Source: a virus (taxonomy: Duplodnaviria > Caudoviricetes). Taken from it: a stretch of DNA of 41,411 nt. The stretch is from positions 1 through 41,411 of IMG/VR virus record IMGVR_UViG_3300027798_000088; one strand, written 5' to 3'. Each line of letters begins with the position of its first letter. The stretch's first letter is position 1. Below are positions 27,264 through 34,149 of the stretch, in pieces. Position numbers and translations under genes: made by a program. Below the pieces are notes generated by a model. The model did not search any database. It saw nothing but the letters and a program-made list of their open reading frames with translations, and was not told the origin of the DNA.

Positions 27264-27890
27264 CGCCTCTACCCAGGTAGTAACAGCATATTTGGTTTCT
27301 TTTAAAGGAGTGTTACCTCTATGAGCATGTGTAAACTCGCAAGGCCAAATAATTAATTTACCTTGCTGAGCTTTAATCCTTTTTGGATAATATAAAAATT
27401 CTGTTTCTCCGCCTTCTTCAATATCATTAAGATACAACATTCCAACTAGTTTCCTAGTAACAACTTGTCGTCTAGCATTTTCATAATGAAATGCATGAAA
27501 GCCCTCTCCGGGACGAGTCTTTTGAAATTTCATATCAAAGACAGCATACCCGTCGAGCCCCTGGAGAATCCTATATCGATCCATATACTGTTTAATACAG
27601 AAATCCAACATTTCATAAAAATGATCTGTATAATCTTGTAGAGCTCTGTTTAATTGTAAATCCCCAACTTGATGAAAACTAGTCATAAACATGTTACTGT
27701 CTGTAACATAGTCATCGTGTCGTTTTTTAACAATAGGAGTAAATTCTTCACAAAAGTTAAAAAATTGAATCACTTCGTTACAGTAACTTTCTGGAAAAAA
27801 TCCAGTGTAAGTTCCTATAAAATCTTCATAATCTTGTTTTAAATTAGTTCGATCTATTTTAAATCTTGATTTGTTTGTTAAATTTTGCAT
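27249..27890 (-). CDS. 2OG-Fe(II) oxygenase (HxE variant)
   Basis: QKT.PG.GFH.FHYE...MLYLND..EGGETEF...G.LIIWP..FTH.HRG..P...KY..TTW, a typical phage 2OG-Fe(II) oxygenase signature; TAAATA on the minus strand at 27909-27914. Confidence 0.85.
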   Translation of the reverse strand: MQNLTNKSRFKIDRTNLKQDYEDFIGTYTGFFPESYCNEVIQFFNFCEEFTPIVKKRHDDYVTDSNMFMTSFHQVGDLQLNRALQDYTDHFYEMLDFCIKQYMDRYRILQGLDGYAVFDMKFQKTRPGEGFHAFHYENARRQVVTRKLVGMLYLNDIEEGGETEFLYYPKRIKAQQGKLIIWPCEFTHAHRGNTPLKETKYAVTTWVEALNQS

Positions 27891-27935
27891 GTTATAATAC
27901 CTTTGTTCTATTTAATTAAAAAAATTTATCATTAA

Positions 27936-28208
27936 TTAAATCTGGATTTCTTTCCAGTCTCTAAGTTTATTCATTAAATTTTTTCTAATCAATATAATAT
28001 TTTGTCTAGTATCAATTGCACCTGACGGCAATCGATTGTTTAAACTTAGATCTTGATGTTGTTGGTCAATGTACTTGACTTCTTTTAACAAGTTTTGTAG
28101 CATACCCTGCAGTTCTAATCTTACTGATTCGTTAGAAACAGCAGAAATTCTTTCATTAAATTCATTATATTCTTTTTGAAAATTTTCACTTTTTTCTAAA
28201 TTAAGCAT
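27936..28208 (-). CDS. Hypothetical helical/coiled-coil protein
   Basis: 90 aa, SD AGGA, heptad-like Leu pattern; no family recognised. Confidence 0.55.
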   Translation of the reverse strand: MLNLEKSENFQKEYNEFNERISAVSNESVRLELQGMLQNLLKEVKYIDQQHQDLSLNNRLPSGAIDTRQNIILIRKNLMNKLRDWKEIQI

Positions 28209-28217
28209 GAGAGTTCC

Positions 28218-28664
28218 TTATAAGCTATCTATAATATCAATTACTGTTTGTATTTTAGTTTGAATAATTTTGTTACGCAAACTTAGATCAAGACCTTTGT
28301 GTACTGGCTTAGGTAGATTATTTAAATCAAACCAACCCCATGCTGAGTGTTCTTGGCTAAGGGTTGGCACAAACTCTGCTTCAACTACACAGAAATATGT
28401 ATGGAAGTTAAACAAGCTGTCATTGCTAACAAACCGTTCTAATGGTATTGTCTTTTTAATTTCTGGAAGAAATCCAACTTCTTCTTCAATTTCTCTTTTA
28501 AGACCTTGCCATGCAGACTCTCCTGTGTGATTAGTACCGCCTACTAATACCCAGCGTCCGCTGTGTCTGCCTTCATTTTTTTGTAGTAGTAGAAATCTCT
28601 GCGTGTTCCTAGCACAAATGAGTGCCCCAGAACAGTCGATTTCTGTTACATTGATATTCTCCAT
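28218..28664 (-). CDS. Nudix hydrolase
   Basis: GTNHTGESAWQGLKREIEEEVG matches the Nudix box GX5EX7REUXEEXGU; start codon uncertain (overlaps the end of gp15). Confidence 0.9.
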   Translation of the reverse strand: MENINVTEIDCSGALICARNTQRFLLLQKNEGRHSGRWVLVGGTNHTGESAWQGLKREIEEEVGFLPEIKKTIPLERFVSNDSLFNFHTYFCVVEAEFVPTLSQEHSAWGWFDLNNLPKPVHKGLDLSLRNKIIQTKIQTVIDIIDSL

Positions 28665-30289
28665 TGACCCCTCTTATATTCGCCTTCAAATGATTTAACC
28701 CATTCTACACCGTTCCATTTGTACTGTGCAGTGGTATAAAAGTTTGTTTGATATATAATTATGTCATTGTGATCATACGAAGAAAATATTACATTCCATT
28801 GATTATTTTTCCATTCTATAATATCATTGGCTGCTGCAATAAAATCACTACCGTCTGTGTTCTTCCAGGCCGTCGGCCCTTCTTCGTTAAAAGTTAGTAT
28901 GTATGTTATTTTACTGCCCACTTGTACAATATTATTCAGTACAATAACGTAATACCCATCTCGATTTATAGGAGTAGACAATCCAACTTCTACTCCGTCA
29001 ACTAATACTTGACAATCATATACTCGATCAAACTCAACTCCTGTATTAATACTCTTTATTTTAGATGAAGAAATAAAAGTTTCTCGAGCCCAGCCGCCTA
29101 TACTTTCAATTATGAGATATCGTATACCTGCTGTAATAGGTTGATCAGTTGTTTCTTTATTGGGACGTTTTGGGTTAAATGCGCTAGGATCAATCACAGC
29201 ATCAAAAGTCCCTCTTCCAGTTGCAGAGCTATAACCAACGTCAATGTCTTCAATATTACCAGCACTGTCAATATAGTTATTTGACGGGAATGTGTCAGTG
29301 TCCCATGTAGCTACCATTACAGTATCATCTTGCGGATGGATACTTAGTGTGCCTACAACTTCAGTTGCATCTGCCTGAATAAGATAAATTTTACTTAATC
29401 CAGGAGTAAATGTTCCCGGATATTGATCAGTAACCATCTTCCATGATAGATATGTACTAGCTCCTGTTTCATTGTTAATTAATCTAGCAGTATTGGCTTC
29501 AACAAAAATATCATAATTACCCACAGTTACTATTTCTTCTGTAAGGAAATTAGAAGGACTACGAACTCCCACGTTAGGATCGACACCTAACCCATCGATA
29601 TAATCTGTTGCGCCAGGATCTATAGACCCAAATATGTTATTAATAATATTAGTAACAATGCCTAACTTCTTAACTTTAACTGGAGGGCTAATCCAAACAG
29701 GGGTAGTTAATGTTAACGATGCTACATCAATGGCACTGTTTGTACCTGTTGGTATAGTTCGGGAACTAAACACAACATCGCCTAGTTCAACAACACTTAA
29801 ACTAGTCCAGTCAACATAGTTGTCGGTAGTTTGTATTTCCAAACTGGGGTTAAACAATACAAGAATTTGCTCAAGTATTTGTAACTTCTGTTCAGTGTTA
29901 GCAGACCAAATATCAACCTTAACAGTTAATGTAAACGGTGTAGGCATGAGTCTTTCTACAGTATAGTTTCTACCTTGCTCATTAGTATACATGCCAGTTT
30001 CTTCATCTACTGCACGTTCTCTAAAATGCATTTTACCAACATACGTAGCATCGCCTAATCTATCTCTTGCTAGATCAAAGTCTGTAACATATACTGCAAT
30101 TTTTGGCGTTGCTGGTAAGGTGTTTTCACTATTTTGATTAATGATACTTGCTGCCTGTCGGTCAACATCACCGTACATAACTGGAACTCTAACCAGTGTA
30201 CCGTCACCATACCTAACTACAAAATTACTAAGTAGTCTAATAATTTGTGTAAGATATCGTCTTATCTGTCCGTCATAAAAATATTGCAT
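28646..30289 (-). CDS. gp15: Tail sheath stabiliser/tail terminator (T4 gp15-like) with long C-terminal extension
   Basis: YFYD.QIRRY......LSN...VPV.YG...P.PF.L...VDIW......KLQILEQIL.LFNP matches T4-like gp15; adjacent to gp14. Confidence 0.8.
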   Translation of the reverse strand: MQYFYDGQIRRYLTQIIRLLSNFVVRYGDGTLVRVPVMYGDVDRQAASIINQNSENTLPATPKIAVYVTDFDLARDRLGDATYVGKMHFRERAVDEETGMYTNEQGRNYTVERLMPTPFTLTVKVDIWSANTEQKLQILEQILVLFNPSLEIQTTDNYVDWTSLSVVELGDVVFSSRTIPTGTNSAIDVASLTLTTPVWISPPVKVKKLGIVTNIINNIFGSIDPGATDYIDGLGVDPNVGVRSPSNFLTEEIVTVGNYDIFVEANTARLINNETGASTYLSWKMVTDQYPGTFTPGLSKIYLIQADATEVVGTLSIHPQDDTVMVATWDTDTFPSNNYIDSAGNIEDIDVGYSSATGRGTFDAVIDPSAFNPKRPNKETTDQPITAGIRYLIIESIGGWARETFISSSKIKSINTGVEFDRVYDCQVLVDGVEVGLSTPINRDGYYVIVLNNIVQVGSKITYILTFNEEGPTAWKNTDGSDFIAAANDIIEWKNNQWNVIFSSYDHNDIIIYQTNFYTTAQYKWNGVEWVKSFEGEYKRGQWRISM

Positions 30290-31587
30290 TAGAAATCTGC
30301 CCTAGGTTTAAGTGCTTTAGATAGTGGTTGACGTTCTTCAACTGTGTCTCCATCAATAACCGCACTATTAGTATTGTTAATAAAACCAGTTTTAAGAGTT
30401 TGTCTAGCGTCAGTATTAGTTAATGTGTGTCTCACAGAATCCTCACGTTTGACCCACATAGATCCGTTGTATCTAAACAGTCTGTTTGGCACATAATCTG
30501 TACGTAAGAAATAATCTCCATCAGTTGCACCACCGGGGAAGGATAACCCAAATCCAAAATCTGCAACTCCATTGTCAGGTACGCCATCGCCTACTAGATA
30601 GCCCATATAACCAGTACGCTTTGGACGATCAGCTATTCTACTAGCATCTAAACTAGTGTTATCACTAAACAAATCTGTTTCATCTGCAGTTCTAAGTGCA
30701 GGCTTACCAGCTTCGTCAACTGCTAGTGTGTAGAACTGCTGAGTTTCATATCCACTTTTAGGAGCATCTGCTTCTGCTTGTGCAATGATAGCATCGTTGA
30801 TTTCAAGATTTTTAGACTGTGTGCTGAGAATACCTTGTATACTTTGCCCGCCGTACGGTGAAAAATAACTAGTGTTAGGCGGGGTATTTCCTGTAGTGGT
30901 TGCGGTTACAGTATACAATGTACCTTGATATCTAATAATTTGACCAGCTGTGTATGTTGCACTAGCAGAATAATCACCAACAAAATTTGCATCTTCATCT
31001 GTAGGTTTGTTTAAAATATCTGCAAACTGTTGACCAGCAACTAGTTTCTTTAACTTCAATCTATATAGATGTGGATACCAGTCTCTGCTAAAACCTTCAG
31101 CAGCTCGTCCAACATCTTCAATTACAAAATATCTAGGAAGTGCAACATCTGCATCGTTAAGTGCAAACTCGTCTTTTAAGTGAGGTAATTCTAATACATC
31201 ACCGCTTAGGGGTTTACGCCCCACAGTACTTACTGTGTCGTTAATGTGTACAGTCATAAAAACTGTATCCTGATCTAAAAATAAACCAAATTGACTTAGA
31301 TTAAAATCAAGATCTTGTACGTTATAAATGCCACGAATTCTATAAATTGAGCTGTCATATTTTCTATCACGATTTTCTAAGAATAGTAAATCTTGAATAT
31401 TAGTTTCTTTGATAACATCGTAGTTAGGTTTGTCAATAGTTGACTCTCCAGTTAATGGATTTTTAGGACCTAGATATTTGTGAAAATACACATCAGTACC
31501 GCCTACCTGAAACATTTCAGATATGCTGCGATCTAAGAACTTGTAATCGTTGCCTTTTTCGGGCTTGTAAAGTGATAAACGTGGCAT
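30289..31587 (-). CDS. gp14: Neck protein (T4 gp14-like) with inserted CBM-like domain; start corrected to ATG at 31587 (MPRLSLY)
   Basis: GG.DVY.HKYLG...LSQFGLFL..D.VF...H......G.KP..GDV.ELP resembles gp14. The 13 extra codons in the ORF track span the divergent promoters. Confidence 0.7.
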   Translation of the reverse strand: MPRLSLYKPEKGNDYKFLDRSISEMFQVGGTDVYFHKYLGPKNPLTGESTIDKPNYDVIKETNIQDLLFLENRDRKYDSSIYRIRGIYNVQDLDFNLSQFGLFLDQDTVFMTVHINDTVSTVGRKPLSGDVLELPHLKDEFALNDADVALPRYFVIEDVGRAAEGFSRDWYPHLYRLKLKKLVAGQQFADILNKPTDEDANFVGDYSASATYTAGQIIRYQGTLYTVTATTTGNTPPNTSYFSPYGGQSIQGILSTQSKNLEINDAIIAQAEADAPKSGYETQQFYTLAVDEAGKPALRTADETDLFSDNTSLDASRIADRPKRTGYMGYLVGDGVPDNGVADFGFGLSFPGGATDGDYFLRTDYVPNRLFRYNGSMWVKREDSVRHTLTNTDARQTLKTGFINNTNSAVIDGDTVEERQPLSKALKPRADF

Positions 31588-31594
31588 AGTATAA

Positions 31595-31611
31595 TATTTA
31601 GCGTATAAATA
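31595..31611. promoter_or_regulatory. Back-to-back divergent late promoters
   Basis: TATTTA at 31595-31600 (TAAATA on the minus strand, for gp14) and TATAAATA at 31604-31611 (plus strand, for gp13). Confidence 0.75.
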
Positions 31612-31626
31612 TAACGGGAGATTCAA

Positions 31627-32388
31627 ATGTCAGACAATCCACAAGAAGTACGTCAACAAGTATACAATTACTGCCGCACAATGTTAGGTGACGGTATGGT
31701 AGATGTTGAGCTTGACCCGATACACTACGAAACTGCGTTAAATCGCACACTATCTAGATTTAGACAGCGTAGCCCTAACGCAGTAGAAGAAAGTTACAGT
31801 TTTTTAACTCTTGAGAAAGATAAAAATGATTACACACTTCCTGCAGAAATTATCAACGTCCAGTCAGTATTTCGTAGAACTTTGGGATCAAGAACTGGTG
31901 GAGGAACTGGTACAAACTTTGAACCCTTCAATCTTGCGTATACTAACACGTACCTTTTAAATAGTACGATGTTAGGCGGCATTGCAACATATTTTATGTT
32001 TGCTAGCTATCAAGAAATGGTAGGTAAAATGTTTGGTAGTTACATAGAATTTCAGTGGATTCCCACAAGTCGTACATTGAGAATTTTACAAAGACCCTTT
32101 ACTGAAGGGGAAAGTATAATGCTACGTTGTCAAAACTACAGACCCGATTATACGCTTATTAACGATATCTATGCAGGACAGTGGATAAAAGATTATTCAC
32201 TGGCTATCTGTAAGATTATACTAGGCGAAGCTCGTAGTAAGTTTGCTAACATTGCAGGCCCAGGCGGAGCAGGCGGACTAAATGGTACAGACCTAAAATC
32301 TGCTGGCAAAGAAGAAATGGAAAAGTTAGACAAAGAATTAGAAACTTATGTACCAGGGGGAACTGGTCTTACATGGATTATTGGATAA
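31627..32388 (+). CDS. gp13: Neck protein (T4 gp13-like)
   Basis: YC...LG...VDVEL...HY..A..R.L....WIKDY.LA..K..LG.ARSKF..I.GP.G...LNG..L...G..E...L..EL is the gp13 signature; SD GGAG. Confidence 0.85.
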   Translation: MSDNPQEVRQQVYNYCRTMLGDGMVDVELDPIHYETALNRTLSRFRQRSPNAVEESYSFLTLEKDKNDYTLPAEIINVQSVFRRTLGSRTGGGTGTNFEPFNLAYTNTYLLNSTMLGGIATYFMFASYQEMVGKMFGSYIEFQWIPTSRTLRILQRPFTEGESIMLRCQNYRPDYTLINDIYAGQWIKDYSLAICKIILGEARSKFANIAGPGGAGGLNGTDLKSAGKEEMEKLDKELETYVPGGTGLTWIIG

Positions 32389-32420
32389 ATTATTATTTAA
32401 TGTAGGTGTGGAGATTTATT

Positions 32421-32633
32421 ATGTTTTTTGTTAATAACAATGAATATATTGAACGACTTAATATTTGTAAATCTTGTGAAAATTTTCATAGTAAATTTAA
32501 AGTATGTAATAAGTGCGGGTGTTTTATGCCAGCAAAATGTAAATTAAGTAAATCAAAATGTCCTAAAAATTTTTGGACAGAGTCAACTTCTAATATAGAA
32601 GTTGAACCTAATGACATTAATATAGCTAATTAG
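32421..32633 (+). CDS. Small Cys-rich protein (DUF6171-like)
   Basis: ERL.IC..CE......C..CGCFM..K.K....KCP...W; SD GGAG supports ATG 32421 rather than GTG 32406. Confidence 0.65.
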   Translation: MFFVNNNEYIERLNICKSCENFHSKFKVCNKCGCFMPAKCKLSKSKCPKNFWTESTSNIEVEPNDINIAN

Positions 32634-32646
32634 AAAAATCTATTGA

Positions 32647-32652
32647 TAAATA
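32647..32652 (+). promoter_or_regulatory. Late promoter core TAAATA, 6 nt before ATG
   Basis: GATAAATACTCAAT-ATG with no SD. Confidence 0.65.
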
Positions 32653-32658
32653 CTCAAT

Positions 32659-33036
32659 ATGAAAATCTACGAAGTTATTACAGAAGTGCGTCAGCCCAAG
32701 CCTACTAAGAGACAAAGCCAGTCTACTAAAGGTATGAACATCTACAGCGACAAAGAAAAAGCCAATAGTGACTATGTAGCATTTAAGTTAGGCCAAGCTA
32801 TGGCCGGCACTGATGGCAAAACTAAACCGGACATTGATGGCAAAAGCTGGCACGGTAAAAAGAAGACTATCTATCCCTATACTAAAGAAGAACAAGCGAT
32901 GTTTGTTCAAGCTGCCAAAGCAGTCGGCGCTGACTACGAAGATTTAAATCACGGCGACATGCGCAGTTTAGAATTGGACACAACTAACAAAGTAAGTCCG
33001 GTTGCTAAGATTAAAACGAACAAATACGGAGTGTAA
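32659..33036 (+). CDS. Hypothetical protein, possible internal head protein
   Basis: 125 aa; N-terminus MKIYEVITE ends in an I-x-E prohead-protease-type site; late promoter upstream. Confidence 0.55.
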   Translation: MKIYEVITEVRQPKPTKRQSQSTKGMNIYSDKEKANSDYVAFKLGQAMAGTDGKTKPDIDGKSWHGKKKTIYPYTKEEQAMFVQAAKAVGADYEDLNHGDMRSLELDTTNKVSPVAKIKTNKYGV

Positions 33037-33042
33037 TCACTC

Positions 33043-33071
33043 TTGACACTAGTGTAAAAATCCTGTAATAT
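33043..33071 (+). promoter_or_regulatory. Sigma70-type (early/middle) promoter
   Basis: Perfect TTGACA (33043-33048), 17-bp spacer, TAATAT (33066-33071), upstream of the dNMP kinase. Confidence 0.55.
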
Positions 33072-33091
33072 ATATTATCACTGGAGATAAT

Positions 33092-33784
33092 ATGATCATA
33101 GGCTTCGTTGGATTTATTGGGTCAGGCAAAGATACTGCCGCAGATTATTTGGTTAACTTTCACGGATTTCGCCGTGACTCATTTGCAAACACATTGAAAG
33201 ACGCGGTAGCAGCCGTATTTGGTTGGGACCGCGTTCTGTTGGAAGGACGTACAAAAGAAGCTCGCGAATGGCGAGAGCAACGTGACGAGTGGTGGAGCAA
33301 TCGTCTAGGTAAAGATATTACCCCACGACATATCCTACAATACTGGGGTACCGAAGTATGCCGCCAAGGCTTTCACGATGACATCTGGATTGCTAGTTTA
33401 GAAAATAAAATGCGTAAAACAGGCGATAACATTGTTATCAGTGATGTACGTTTTCCTAATGAAATCAAAGCTATTAAATCTGCAGGCGGCAAAGTAGTGC
33501 GGGTAGTTCGAGGTGCCGATCCTGAATGGTATCAAGATGCATGGAATATGAATCAAGGCCCTACAAATATGAGCTGGTCTATTAGTAAGATGCGTATGGA
33601 ACAGCGTAAGATTCATGCTAGCGAAACAGCGTGGATTGGTAAAGGAATTGATCTTGAAATAGACAATAATGGCACTATTGATCAGCTGTTTGCGCAGATT
33701 AAAAATCTGGTCGTAGATCGCCCTGACGCCACTGAACTCCCTCTTTCTGAAGAACTCGCTGACAGTTTGCACACACTGTCTTAA
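33092..33784 (+). CDS. gp1: Deoxynucleoside monophosphate kinase (T4 gp1-like)
   Basis: IIGFVGFIGSGKDTAADYL P-loop, SFA..LKD, TPR..LQ.WGTEV.R, VISDVRFPNE, H.SE; SD GGAG. Confidence 0.92.
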   Translation: MIIGFVGFIGSGKDTAADYLVNFHGFRRDSFANTLKDAVAAVFGWDRVLLEGRTKEAREWREQRDEWWSNRLGKDITPRHILQYWGTEVCRQGFHDDIWIASLENKMRKTGDNIVISDVRFPNEIKAIKSAGGKVVRVVRGADPEWYQDAWNMNQGPTNMSWSISKMRMEQRKIHASETAWIGKGIDLEIDNNGTIDQLFAQIKNLVVDRPDATELPLSEELADSLHTLS

Positions 33785-34040
33785 GATTAGCAGGACGGGA
33801 ATTGTTTAAGTTCCCGTCCACATGAAACACATTAAATTGCTCTCTAAATTTAGATTTAAATCCGCATTTGTCACATACGGGTTTCATTCTGTAGCCATCT
33901 TGAAACCATTTAGGTAACCCTTTTCCTACTCCACCGTAGCGAAGGCATACTTCACATTTTTTTCGATAGTAGGTTTTACCTTCTTTATGATAGTTAACGG
34001 CAGCTGGTCGTTGCCCGCAAAGGCATAAAGGTCTTGACAT
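33699..34040 (-). CDS. Zn-finger/HNH-like protein; start corrected to ATG 34040 (MSRPLC)
   Basis: C.CG..P...YYR..CEVC and CDKCGF...HVDGN..N...NL.TVCANC; TAAATA on the minus strand (34046-34051) 5 nt before the ATG; overlaps the kinase 3' end by 86 bp. Confidence 0.7.
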   Translation of the reverse strand: MSRPLCLCGQRPAAVNYHKEGKTYYRKKCEVCLRYGGVGKGLPKWFQDGYRMKPVCDKCGFKSKFREQFNVFHVDGNLNNSRPANLKTVCANCQRVLQKEGVQWRQGDLRPDF

Positions 34041-34109
34041 AATAGTATTTAGCTGCCCTTTTTCTCCCCTTTTCGGATGTGTGTAAGCTAGTGGTTTTCT
34101 GTTCAAACC

Positions 34110-34117
34110 TATAAATA
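34110..34117 (+). promoter_or_regulatory. Consensus T4 late promoter TATAAATA inside an inverted repeat
   Basis: Exact TATAAATA flanked by GGTTTTCTGTTC (34093-34104) and GAACAGAAACC (34124-34134); SD AGGAG at 34137-34141. Confidence 0.75.
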
Positions 34118-34149
34118 CAAATAGAACAGAAACCTTAGGAGACTCCAAG

